From positions 31,468 to 95,467 of IMG/VR virus record IMGVR_UViG_3300042516_001671: a stretch of 64,000 nt of DNA. One strand, written 5' to 3'. This document shows positions 52,060-61,453 of the stretch, piece after piece (the stretch's first letter is position 1; the number at the start of each line of letters is the position of its first letter). Origin of the DNA: a virus. The notes beneath the pieces are model-generated. The model was given only the letters and a program-made list of their open reading frames with translations, did not search any database and was not told the origin of the DNA. The position numbers and the translations under genes are program-made.

Positions 52060-52099
52060 ACGACCTACGAACCGCCGCCGCCATCCGCGCCCGCACCCC

Positions 52100-52321
52100 A
52101 TGAAATGCCCCATCTGCAGCACCTGGGCCATCAGGCTGGAAACGCGCAGCAATGCTACGCACAACACCGTTCGCCGCCGCTACGAATGCGGCTACACGCA
52201 CCGATTCAGCAGCGTCGAGCGCGTGGTGGCGTCCGTCAGTACGACCAGATCGTCGGCTCCTGCCGCAGATCAAGGTGCAGAAACCGACCCGCACCCTTCT
52301 GCTGGACGCCGATCCCCGTGA
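52100..52321 (+). CDS. Zinc-ribbon protein (NrdR N-terminal-like)
   Basis: MKCPIC...LETR...RRRYEC...HRFSSVE. Confidence 0.7.
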   Translation: MKCPICSTWAIRLETRSNATHNTVRRRYECGYTHRFSSVERVVASVSTTRSSAPAADQGAETDPHPSAGRRSP

Positions 52322-52598
52322 ACCCGAGCCCGAGCGCCAGGCGCAGCAGATCAACGGCGTCGCCGTCCTGCACCCCGAGGTCTGCCGCCAAGCCGGTGGC
52401 GTGCATCCCGGGGTGCGCCTTGGCTTTCTCGATGGGGTGGTCGGGGCACCGATAGCCGCTTGTCACGCGCAGGGGCTTGCCGTACTGGTGACGCAGCGCC
52501 TGCAGCTTCTCCATGAACTCGGGCTGCATCTGCTGCCGGCCGCAGTGGCGGCAGCGGAATTCGGCTTCGGTGAAGTTGGGGTAACGCGACCAGTCCAT
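52236..52598 (-). CDS. Endolysin, peptidase M15A
   Basis: NF...EF.C, VTSGYRC..H, H..G.AAD, FLHLD. Confidence 0.9.
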   Translation of the reverse strand: MDWSRYPNFTEAEFRCRHCGRQQMQPEFMEKLQALRHQYGKPLRVTSGYRCPDHPIEKAKAHPGMHATGLAADLGVQDGDAVDLLRLALGLGFTGIGVQQKGAGRFLHLDLRQEPTIWSY

Positions 52599-52611
52599 GC
52601 CGATCAGCCTG

Positions 52612-52782
52612 TTACTGCTGCTTGCGCTTATCCCACACGCTCCAGCCCACGCCCGCCGCGGCCGCAGCGCCGCCGACGATGGCGTTCACGGTGTCGCCGT
52701 CCACGCCCCACTTGACGGCAAAGCCGCCGGCAATCGCCGTCAGGATGTGACGCACCAGCGCCTGAATGATCATCGCGTTCAT
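52612..52782 (-). CDS. Small two-TM holin-like protein (56 aa)
   Basis: My translation MNAMIIQALVRHILTAIAGG...GVGWSVWDKRKQQ. Confidence 0.7.
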   Translation of the reverse strand: MNAMIIQALVRHILTAIAGGFAVKWGVDGDTVNAIVGGAAAAAGVGWSVWDKRKQQ

Positions 52783-52791
52783 TGGGTACTC

Positions 52792-53064
52792 CTACAGGGG
52801 CCGTGGTTCCTTGAAGGCCGACGCGGGCACGGCCCAACAGCCCCCGTCAAACCACGCTATCGTAACCCGGCCGTCAGGGCGCAGCGTCCAGCAGCCAGAC
52901 AGGCGCTCGCGGCCCTTGTACAGCAACGCCCACAGCGCACCCCGCTGGCACGGGCCAGCCTCGTCGTGCAGTTCAAGGCGCTCGTCATTTGCCACGATTT
53001 CCGCCACCACAGCGGCCTGCGCCGGCAGCGCCAGCAGCAGAGCCAGTGTGGCGGCTCGGGTCAC
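52792..53064 (-). CDS. Small secreted two-Cys protein, paralog of 24809..25081
   Basis: GTG start; signal peptide; GPC...GCW. Confidence 0.7.
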   Translation of the reverse strand: MTRAATLALLLALPAQAAVVAEIVANDERLELHDEAGPCQRGALWALLYKGRERLSGCWTLRPDGRVTIAWFDGGCWAVPASAFKEPRPL

Positions 53065-53267
53065 TTGCTGCCCCAGTGCGTAGCCACCCACGACACGGCA
53101 CCGCCCAGCATGGATGCGATGGTCATGCCGGCCCACAGGCCACCCTTGGACTTGTTGGCCATCTCCAGCAGCGTGCGAATGTCAGTCTGCATGGCCGTCA
53201 CCTGGTTGCGTAGCGACGTGACCTCGGCTTCCAAGCGGCCGAATTCTCGGGGGTCGATCTCGGTCAT
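53061..53267 (-). CDS. Coiled coil + TM protein of the lysis region
   Basis: IDPREFGRLEAEV...ANKSKGG + TM. Confidence 0.7.
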   Translation of the reverse strand: MTEIDPREFGRLEAEVTSLRNQVTAMQTDIRTLLEMANKSKGGLWAGMTIASMLGGAVSWVATHWGSK

Positions 53268-56110
53268 GGTACTGCGAGGGCGTTGGTGGATTGGGGAGCG
53301 AGAGTGTTGGAGCGTGACGGCTCGGCGCCGGAAATTCTGACGGCCTGAGCCCCAGCGCGGCTGATGATTCCAGGCCCCTTGGCTTGCGCCGTGGCCCGCA
53401 TCTGCGCCCTTTCTAGCGCAGCAATCGCGGCATCCGGGTCTTTGTACATGAGCGTGACCAGTTCTGCGGCAGCGCGGCGGTTGATTCGTCCTTCAAGGTT
53501 GACCCAAGTATTGCGGGCAACAGTTGCTGCGCGGCTGAGAAGCTGCGGAAACTTGCGCGCAGACACTGCACCCTGCTCAGCGGCCTCCGTGGCAAGCTCG
53601 GAAACATCGGGCGCTGCTGTGGCGCGGCCTTGCCTTGACAAAGCCGCCGCAGCCTCTGCGCGCTTGATGTCCTTGGCCACCAGCGACAGGTCGGTCAATT
53701 GCTGCGGCGTGAAGCCTTGCGTGCGCGTGAACACGACGCCCTGCACATCCTTTCCAAACACCTGCAGACTCTTGGCTTGCTTGGCAACTTCTTGACCAAA
53801 CTGCGCTTGTTGCAGCAAATCATCATAGGTGCCCTTGCCCAAAGCAATACGGGCTGTGGCGGCGTTCTTGGTCAAGAACGACACCGCAGCATCTGCATCA
53901 CCAGCCTTCAGCGGCGCAAGCGCCCTATCTGCAACCTCGCGGGCCAGCGCAGCTTGAGCGTCCGAGCCAATTCTGCGGCGCACCATGTCCATGTTGCCGG
54001 GGCTCTGCAGCGCATAGTCCACCACCTCACCTGCAGTGCGCTTGCCCACCTCTTTGCCAATAGACTCAATCCGCTTGAACGCGCCCGCAGCCTTGCCAGC
54101 GTCGGCTTGCACTTGCGTCAGTCGTTGGCGCAGGTCGCCGCCAACCATGTCAATCTGACGGCCGTACTTTTGCAGGAAGTTCGCTGCCGCATCGGGGCGA
54201 ACAACCTTTGTGGCAGGGTCAACAATTTCGCGCCGGAACAGGTCTTCAATGCCTTGCGCCAGTGATTGCCTTGCCGTCGGGTCGTGGCCAATGGCCGCCA
54301 GTAGATCGCGGGCGCCGGTTTCAGTCTGCAACACGGTCTTGGCGATGTTTTCGTCAGCCAAAAGCGGCGTCCTGCTACCGCCCTCGCGGTACAACTTGCT
54401 GGCGGTGCCGGTGTAAAACCGTTCGGCAACTTGGGTGGCGTGCGCCTGCTTGGCCGCAATGTAGGCAGCTTTGGCCTCGTCGCTCAGGCCGCTTTTTGCA
54501 ATCGCTGCATCCAACTCGGCGCGCATCTTGTTGATGTTGGCGCGGGCAATGTTGGAGGCAGAGTCTGTGGAGCCCTTCAGCGCGGCGTAGTCGATGTTCA
54601 GGGCCTGCCCGAGCGCGGAGGCTTGCTCCAAAGTGACGTTTGGCGGCAGCGGCTCAGGCTGCTGAACCATGATGCGCTTGGACACTTCGCCCCGGCCCAA
54701 AGGCGCAGGCGGCGCGACCTTGGCCCCGTATAGTTGCAACACTTTGGCGGTTTCGGGCGCAAGACCTTTGAGTTCCTGTAGGGGCTGGTCGCGCAGAACC
54801 CCAGCACGCTCCACAACTCCCGCAAACGGAATCACCGGCTCACCGCCGGCAAGCTGAAACGCCTTGGTATATTGCGCAGTAACGCGCCCGCGCGCCTGCT
54901 GAAGTTGCCCCTCTACCGCATCAGACAAAACGCCGCCGATGCGAATTTGCGACACATCCGGCAACGCGCTGGCAACAGCCGTCTGCGCGTCTGCGGCCTC
55001 TTTGCGCGCCTGCGCCAGGCCCTGCATCAGTTGATCACGCACGGCCCGCAGTTGCACTTGAGCCTCTGGGCGCAACGCGCCGGCCTGCTGTTGCAACTGC
55101 TGCTCAACCCGCTGAAGCTGACCCTGCAGTGCCCCAACGCGCTCCTGCGCCGCAGCGTAAATTTGCCGGTTCGCTTCAGGCGAAGAAGACGCCAAGCGCG
55201 TTTCCATTGCCGCTATCGTTGGCGTGGCTGCGCCGCCTTCGACCAAACGCTCAGTCAGCGTCGGCCGGAAGCCCGGCGTCGTTTCCATTCCCTGCGTTGC
55301 GCGCAAGGCATTGATGGCCTGCTGCGCGTCGCCGCCCAACGCGCCCAGCATGGCGTTTCTGGCGGTGCTGGATGGGTCAAATAGCGGCTGAATGGCCGCG
55401 CGGTTGATGCCGCTCGCCGCGGCTTTGATTGGCCCAAGGACAGCCGGCAACCCGGCGCCAAGCATCATTGATGTTGCCGTGTCTTCGGGGCTTATCAGCG
55501 CGCCGCTAGCGCCACCAACTGCTGCGCCGCCACCAAGCCGCGCTGCTGCACCACTCAGCGCCGTGGGCGCCGCTGTGGGCGTCATGCCGCCAAACTTCAG
55601 CGCCTCAACAATAGGCACTCCTGCGCCCATAGCTCGCGCCCCGCCGGCCATGGCGGGGCCGACGCCCATGGTGCCGGCAACTTCGCCAACAAGCTTGCCG
55701 CCACGGAACGCCAGGCTTTCTGGATCGGCTCCAACCAAAGACTGCAGGCCGGCAGAAATGTCTTGCCCGCGCTGCGCTACGCGGGGCAAAAACGTGGCTG
55801 CCGGCGCGCCGCCCATAGACTCGGGCATTGCCGTTCTGCTGGCCTCAACCAACACCGAGCCGATAGACCCCGCGCCGCGCACTGCGCCGGCAGGAATGTC
55901 AACCAAGGGGTTGCTGCGCGGCCCCGGAAGCTGTTCTGGCGGAACGGGATACGGCCCAGCGCCCGGGATCTGCCCCGGGGGCGCTGCGGGCGCGGTTTGT
56001 TGCGGCGCCGCAATCTGGCGGGCATAGGTTGCCAAGTCGGAATCCGACAACGGACGTGCGGATTCAATGTCGTAGGTCTTGCCGCCGATTTCGAGCGTGT
56101 ACTTGGGCAT
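53264..56110 (-). CDS. Large DNA-injection protein
   Basis: 948 aa, Ala-rich, Gly/Ala hydrophobic N-terminal segments; last of three injection-type genes. Confidence 0.75.
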   Translation of the reverse strand: MPKYTLEIGGKTYDIESARPLSDSDLATYARQIAAPQQTAPAAPPGQIPGAGPYPVPPEQLPGPRSNPLVDIPAGAVRGAGSIGSVLVEASRTAMPESMGGAPAATFLPRVAQRGQDISAGLQSLVGADPESLAFRGGKLVGEVAGTMGVGPAMAGGARAMGAGVPIVEALKFGGMTPTAAPTALSGAAARLGGGAAVGGASGALISPEDTATSMMLGAGLPAVLGPIKAAASGINRAAIQPLFDPSSTARNAMLGALGGDAQQAINALRATQGMETTPGFRPTLTERLVEGGAATPTIAAMETRLASSSPEANRQIYAAAQERVGALQGQLQRVEQQLQQQAGALRPEAQVQLRAVRDQLMQGLAQARKEAADAQTAVASALPDVSQIRIGGVLSDAVEGQLQQARGRVTAQYTKAFQLAGGEPVIPFAGVVERAGVLRDQPLQELKGLAPETAKVLQLYGAKVAPPAPLGRGEVSKRIMVQQPEPLPPNVTLEQASALGQALNIDYAALKGSTDSASNIARANINKMRAELDAAIAKSGLSDEAKAAYIAAKQAHATQVAERFYTGTASKLYREGGSRTPLLADENIAKTVLQTETGARDLLAAIGHDPTARQSLAQGIEDLFRREIVDPATKVVRPDAAANFLQKYGRQIDMVGGDLRQRLTQVQADAGKAAGAFKRIESIGKEVGKRTAGEVVDYALQSPGNMDMVRRRIGSDAQAALAREVADRALAPLKAGDADAAVSFLTKNAATARIALGKGTYDDLLQQAQFGQEVAKQAKSLQVFGKDVQGVVFTRTQGFTPQQLTDLSLVAKDIKRAEAAAALSRQGRATAAPDVSELATEAAEQGAVSARKFPQLLSRAATVARNTWVNLEGRINRRAAAELVTLMYKDPDAAIAALERAQMRATAQAKGPGIISRAGAQAVRISGAEPSRSNTLAPQSTNALAVP

Positions 56111-57477
56111 TACGGCCTCTCAGTCACGAAGACTCCGGGGGCGATTTCTCGGCGAGCGCCGCCAGTGCGAGCAGGCGCCGCAGCGCCCGGGCGCGTCGCG
56201 GCAGCGGGAGCCGCAGCAGGGGCGGCGGCGCCGGGAGATGATTGCCGCCCAGTTGCCGCGTCTTCTCGTTCCTGTTGGCCGCGAACAGAAGCAATGACCT
56301 GATCGAGTCTTCCGAGCGTTTCGCGCACAGTCTGAATTGATTGGCCAACATTTGTCATAGCATCCAACCAGTTTTGCAACTCTCGGTTGGAGTCCATGGT
56401 CTTGGACGATGCGCCAGTGATTGCGGCGATGTGCCGAATCAATCTGAATTTTGAGTTTGCAATGTTGTCGCGCAGGGTTTGCGCCTGCGTTCCAATTGCT
56501 CGCTCTGCTGTTTGGCCAACACCAGTGGCGCGGGCCGCAGCAATGACGTTTTCGCCGGCAGTTCGCCCGGTGCTAACCATGGCTTTCTGCTTTTCTAGAT
56601 CCTCGTAATAACCGAGAACCGTAGCCAATTCTTCAGAAAGCGTTTGCCTTGCGTTGCCCTGTTCTTCAAGACGTTGCTGTTGCAGGGCCGTCAAAGGGCG
56701 AGGCGCTGCGCCGCTAGGTGCGCCACCCGCTCCCCCGCCGGTTTTTTCTGGCGCAAGCAGCCACTTTTTGTCCACAGTGTCGTACAAGGTGCCGCCGACC
56801 GTAATGTAGCGATTACGTCCTTGCGGGGCTGGGGCAGCGGGCGCAGCAGCCCCCGTTGCTGCCGGCGCCTCTGCCGCAGCAGGCATATCAACGTACGCCC
56901 CGGTTTGTGTGTCAAACATGCGCCCTTGGCCCGCAGAAATGTACCTCTGGGCGCCAGTGCGCTCTTTGAACCGCTCCGCAGGCGCCAGCACCTGAGTCCG
57001 CAGCCATTCGCCAAACTGCGCGGGATCATCCGGCACGCCGGCCATGGCCTGCTCGGGAGTAGTGAAGCGCCCAATGGCCTTGGACACCAACGGATCTTGG
57101 AACCCCAGCGCCAACACGCCGCGGGCCTGTTGCGCATTTTGAGTGCGGCCGAGGGCGCTCATAAATTGCCCCATGGCGGCCTCAACTTCTTTTTGCTGCA
57201 CGCCCCGCGTTTGCGCCGCAACCTGCTGGCCGTATTGGATCTGCTGCATTGCCCGCGCACCGGGTGCGCCAAACTGAGCCAGCCCTTCAGGGGCTCCACC
57301 GCCGCGCACGTACTCAGCAAGCGCGTTCTCCTGCTCGCGGGACGCCCGCGCTGCCTGCAGCGCCTCCATCTGATTCGCCGCCTGCGCCGCCTGCAGCAGC
57401 ATATTCACCCTGTCGGGCGACTTGAACTGGATGGGCTGGAACGTAGCCTGGCGGATGATGCTGGTGTCGAGTGGCAT
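56110..57477 (-). CDS. DNA-injection protein (middle)
   Basis: GGAGG RBS before ATG 57477. Confidence 0.7.
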   Translation of the reverse strand: MPLDTSIIRQATFQPIQFKSPDRVNMLLQAAQAANQMEALQAARASREQENALAEYVRGGGAPEGLAQFGAPGARAMQQIQYGQQVAAQTRGVQQKEVEAAMGQFMSALGRTQNAQQARGVLALGFQDPLVSKAIGRFTTPEQAMAGVPDDPAQFGEWLRTQVLAPAERFKERTGAQRYISAGQGRMFDTQTGAYVDMPAAAEAPAATGAAAPAAPAPQGRNRYITVGGTLYDTVDKKWLLAPEKTGGGAGGAPSGAAPRPLTALQQQRLEEQGNARQTLSEELATVLGYYEDLEKQKAMVSTGRTAGENVIAAARATGVGQTAERAIGTQAQTLRDNIANSKFRLIRHIAAITGASSKTMDSNRELQNWLDAMTNVGQSIQTVRETLGRLDQVIASVRGQQEREDAATGRQSSPGAAAPAAAPAAATRPGAAAPARTGGARREIAPGVFVTERP

Positions 57478-57478
57478 A

Positions 57479-59224
57479 TCAGCCTCCAACGCGGCCGAAG
57501 ATGTCGCGGAACAGTTGCTCTTGCTGCCTGCCGCGAGTGTAATCGCCAACGGCGCCCGCGACGCCTGCCAGCGCGTTCCCGTAGGACGACATGCGCCCGA
57601 TGCGCCCTTGCGCCAACGCGTTCGCCTGCTGCAGCCCCAGTTCGCCCGCCTGTGAGGCATAGTTCTGCCCCGCAGTGCCCGCTTGCGTCGTGGCCGTCTG
57701 CCCCAGCCCTGCGATGTTCGCCAGCCGGTTGTAGGCGTTCCCGTACTCCTGCGAGGCCAGATCCTGCGCGTACCGCTGGCCCGCCTTCAGCGCCCCGCCA
57801 GACAGCATGTTGCCCCGGGCGGCCTGCACGCGCTCCAGCGCCTTCATGCCCTCCCCCAGACGGAATGCGTAGCCAGGCTCGGGGAGGACTTCACCGCGGG
57901 TGAGCTTGCCGAGGGCGTTGACGCCGGCCTCGTAGTAGGGCTTGCCAAGCTCCAGCGACTTCTCGTACATCTCCCGCTGAAGCTGCAGAGCCCTATCCGC
58001 CGCCGCCGCCTGCGTCTCTGCGGCTTTTTCTGCGGCGTTTGCCCCGGCGATCCCGCCCACCACGTTGCTCACGCCGCTGACGATGGCCGCGCCTGCGGGG
58101 CTGGCCACGAAGTCGATGGCTTTGTCGAGGAATGGGATGCCGGTCATGGCAGCGCCCGCGCCCGTAGCCAGAGCCGCCGTAGTTGAGCCCATGGCCGAGC
58201 CGAGGGCGCCTGGTGTCGTGCCGGCTTGCAGGGAGCCGCCAAGGGCCTGCAATGCTGCACCGCCACCAGTTGCTCCGGCAGCCGCAGGGGCCAGCGCAGC
58301 CATGCCCGCGTCCACACCCATGCCGGCAGCAAACGCCGGGTCAACCGGCACGCCAGCCAACGCTTCAATGCCCGTCAGCGCGTTCAAGCCGCCGCCCGCG
58401 CCCGCGCCCGCAGTCAAATACGGCTCGCCGGCAAACGTGATGGGCTGCAACTGCGTCATGGGACTCAGTTGCATGGCGTTTGCCGCATCGGTCAACTGCG
58501 CGGCGGGGGTTGTCACGGAGGCCACCGGTTCCGCAAGCGTGTTGAGCGTTACGTCGGAATACGGGTAGTTTTTGATTGGGTGAAATTGCTCTCCAAACAG
58601 GCCCGTCTCTGTCCCGGGCGCCATTGAAACGTCCGTGTACATTGCGCCCGCGCCTTCGGCACCAAGCGCCGGTGGCTGGCTGACCTGCCCCATCGTCCCC
58701 GTAGGAATGTTCGCCAGCTCGGCCGCACTCAACTGCCCGCCGCCAGACAGTGCGTTGGTCAGCCCCTCCAGACGAGGCCCAAGGAAGTTCACCGCGCCAT
58801 AGGCGGCAAACGACGGCAAGACAAACTCTTTGAAAAACTCGCCGAACCCCGCAGCCTTTACTGGCCGCTGAGCGACAACTTCACCTGTCGGAGTTTTCAG
58901 GCCAACGGTCTGGTTGTCTTTGTCAATCTGGTCGCCCTTGGTGACAAAGTCGTAGCCTTCGGCCTTCTTTTGAGCGATGAACTGCTCAAATTCAGGCGCC
59001 GGCACGTTGACAAGACCGCCGCCGCCCTCGCCCGGGTCGGACGAAATGACTTGCGTTTCAAACGGGCCGCTGTAGCCAAGCGAGCGAGCTACGCTCTGCC
59101 AAAGCTCAGGCGTCTGCAGGCCGCGAATGGTGCTGGTGTACGGGTTTTCTTCGCCAAATTCACCTTGGTAGGTGAACTGATTGAAGTACGGGTCAGACGC
59201 CGAAATCCACTGAGGCTTTGCCAT
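57479..59224 (-). CDS. DNA-injection pilot protein (P22 gp7-like C-terminus)
   Basis: PGYAFRLGEG...AARG...SGGALKA..RYAQDLASQEY; N-terminus shared with 17211..19880. Confidence 0.75.
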   Translation of the reverse strand: MAKPQWISASDPYFNQFTYQGEFGEENPYTSTIRGLQTPELWQSVARSLGYSGPFETQVISSDPGEGGGGLVNVPAPEFEQFIAQKKAEGYDFVTKGDQIDKDNQTVGLKTPTGEVVAQRPVKAAGFGEFFKEFVLPSFAAYGAVNFLGPRLEGLTNALSGGGQLSAAELANIPTGTMGQVSQPPALGAEGAGAMYTDVSMAPGTETGLFGEQFHPIKNYPYSDVTLNTLAEPVASVTTPAAQLTDAANAMQLSPMTQLQPITFAGEPYLTAGAGAGGGLNALTGIEALAGVPVDPAFAAGMGVDAGMAALAPAAAGATGGGAALQALGGSLQAGTTPGALGSAMGSTTAALATGAGAAMTGIPFLDKAIDFVASPAGAAIVSGVSNVVGGIAGANAAEKAAETQAAAADRALQLQREMYEKSLELGKPYYEAGVNALGKLTRGEVLPEPGYAFRLGEGMKALERVQAARGNMLSGGALKAGQRYAQDLASQEYGNAYNRLANIAGLGQTATTQAGTAGQNYASQAGELGLQQANALAQGRIGRMSSYGNALAGVAGAVGDYTRGRQQEQLFRDIFGRVGG

Positions 59225-59228
59225 GTTC

Positions 59229-60482
59229 TTACCCAATCCGCCAGTTGGTGCCGTCACTGAACACGGGCACGACGTTCGCCCCGCCGCCGGCCACAATCGA
59301 ATGGAACGTCGTCGCGTTGGCGTCCGTCACCACGGCCCGGGCGCCTGCGCCGGCAGTGGCTGCGGCAACCAGTGCGGCCACCGTCTGCGTGCCGTTGTTG
59401 ATCCACTTCAGGCCGGCAGTCAGCGTCAGGCCAGGCACGCGCATCGAGGTGACGCTCGCGTTGCCCAGCGTAATCTCGTTGCTGACGCCTGCCGCAGAGA
59501 CGTCGGCATCGTAGCCCAGCACTAGGTTGTTGCTGCCAGTGGTCAGCGCATCACCAGCCTGAAAGCCCAGGGCCACGTTGTTTGCGCCAGAGGTCAACGC
59601 CCCCAGCGCCGATGCGCCCACCGCCGTGTTGTTGCTGGTGGTGGCCGCATCCAGCGCAGTCCACCCGACGGCAACGTTGTACGCACCCGTGACCACCAGC
59701 AGCGCCGCATCCTTGCCAACCGCAGTGTTGCCGGTGCCACTGGTGTTTGCCCCCAGTGCTGAGCGGCCTACGGCCACGGCATCGTTGCCGGTGTAGGCGT
59801 CCAGAGCGTTTGCACCCACGGCCGTGTTGTCGGAGCCGCTGGAGCTGGCGAACAGCGCGTCGTATCCAACGGCCACGTTGTATTGGCCGGCGTCGTTGTA
59901 GGCGGCTCTATACCCGATTGCCGTTCCATAAGCGTTGGAGCCGGCGTACATCGCTTGGCTGCCGATTGCTGTTGCGTAGCCAGCGCCGGACCCACTGTAA
60001 AGAGCAAGCGCGCCTACAGCAGTGTTGTTTGGTGCGGCGCTCAGGCCGTACGCCGCGTCATATCCAACTGCAGTGTTGTTGATTGCGCTGCCGCTGCTCA
60101 AATTTGCCAGCGCAGAGTCCCCGACTGCAATGTTGGATGTAAGGCCGCCAAAACCCTTGCCAACAGCAACGGCAACTTCTTTTGCTAGCTCATAGCTGGC
60201 AAAAATGTTGTCGTCGGTCTTGATCGTGACGCCGAGGGACGTTTCCAGCACGAACTTGTACGACGATCCTTCTGTCAGCCAGATCTGCGCGGGCGTGCGG
60301 CCGGCGCTGTCCAGCACGATGGGGTTGGCGTTGGCCGTGCCGCCGCTGCTGCTGGTGTACGTGGCAATCGGCGTCGTGGTGCCGGCAGAGTACGTGTAGA
60401 CCAAACCCCCGGCCAGCGGATTGCCGTTGTTGTCGAAGAACTGCGCTCCGGCGCCAGCGTAGGGGGAAAGCGAAACGCTCAT
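59229..60482 (-). CDS. Tail spike/fibre with NTAVG repeats
   Basis: QFFDNNGNPLAGG...NPIVLDSAGR anchor domain; 14-aa xNTAVGxxA repeats. Confidence 0.82.
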   Translation of the reverse strand: MSVSLSPYAGAGAQFFDNNGNPLAGGLVYTYSAGTTTPIATYTSSSGGTANANPIVLDSAGRTPAQIWLTEGSSYKFVLETSLGVTIKTDDNIFASYELAKEVAVAVGKGFGGLTSNIAVGDSALANLSSGSAINNTAVGYDAAYGLSAAPNNTAVGALALYSGSGAGYATAIGSQAMYAGSNAYGTAIGYRAAYNDAGQYNVAVGYDALFASSSGSDNTAVGANALDAYTGNDAVAVGRSALGANTSGTGNTAVGKDAALLVVTGAYNVAVGWTALDAATTSNNTAVGASALGALTSGANNVALGFQAGDALTTGSNNLVLGYDADVSAAGVSNEITLGNASVTSMRVPGLTLTAGLKWINNGTQTVAALVAAATAGAGARAVVTDANATTFHSIVAGGGANVVPVFSDGTNWRIG

Positions 60483-60489
60483 GGTGCTC

Positions 60490-61452
60490 TCACTGTTGAA
60501 TCTGGCTCACCGCCAGCACGACGGCAGGGGCTGCTGGGGCAAACGCAGTGGCAGCGACATTATCCACCGTGATGGCCGTATCGTCTGCGGCAAACATGAT
60601 CTCGATGCGATCATTAGCCGCCAGCGAGAAAAACTCGCTCATGGACACGGCGGTGTACCCGTTGTTGATGTTGATCGTCACCAGCCTGGCAGAGTTGGCG
60701 ACGTCCGTGCCGTTCTTACGGAACCACAGCCAAACCGTCTTGGCGTTGCTGTTGCTGCTGCTGATCTGGACGGTGGCGTCAAACTGGTACAGGCCCGACT
60801 GCACCACCACAATGCGCGACGCAGGCGAGCCGATGCTGATGCCCTCGGCAACCTCGGTGTTGTCAAACGTCAGCGCGTAGGCCGTGTTTGTCAGCGCGGG
60901 AGTCTGATCCGTCGTCTTGGTGAACTCGCCGTAATACTTCTGCTGTTCAATTGTCGGCCGCACGAAGATCACGCCGTCAGTGGCGCTTTTGATCAGCACT
61001 GCCGCCAGCGGGATCACGTTGTCAGGCGCCGTGGGCTTGACGTTGGTAAACGCGCCCGCCACCGTGGGGTTGGCGTACAGAATGTCGCCCACGTTGAACG
61101 CACTGGTGTCGATGCCCGTTACCGGCCCCCAGACGCTGCACAGGCCCGTGGCGCCGCTGTCGGGAATGGTTTCGTCCAGCACGCCAAGGATGTACAACGA
61201 AGGCGTGGAGCCGTTCGCCAAGTACGCAGCCACAGACAGTAGGTTCGCCGCGCCGACGCCGGCAAAGCCCACCACAGTGCCTTTGGGCAGGGTTGCGCCA
61301 GTGGAGTTCTGCACCAGCGTGAACGTCTCTCTGCTGGCCTGGCCGATGCTGTCTTGCAGCAGCGAGAAGAACCGGAACCACGCGCGGGTGGTCAGCGCCT
61401 CGCGGTCCACCAGTGGGTCGCGGCTGGCAGGGACGCGGGGCAGCGTTTGCAT
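60490..61452 (-). CDS. Virion structural protein (tail-associated)
   Basis: TRAWFRFF N-terminus; C-terminal beta-sandwich GLYQFDATVQ. Confidence 0.75.
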   Translation of the reverse strand: MQTLPRVPASRDPLVDREALTTRAWFRFFSLLQDSIGQASRETFTLVQNSTGATLPKGTVVGFAGVGAANLLSVAAYLANGSTPSLYILGVLDETIPDSGATGLCSVWGPVTGIDTSAFNVGDILYANPTVAGAFTNVKPTAPDNVIPLAAVLIKSATDGVIFVRPTIEQQKYYGEFTKTTDQTPALTNTAYALTFDNTEVAEGISIGSPASRIVVVQSGLYQFDATVQISSSNSNAKTVWLWFRKNGTDVANSARLVTININNGYTAVSMSEFFSLAANDRIEIMFAADDTAITVDNVAATAFAPAAPAVVLAVSQIQQ

Positions 61453-61453
61453 G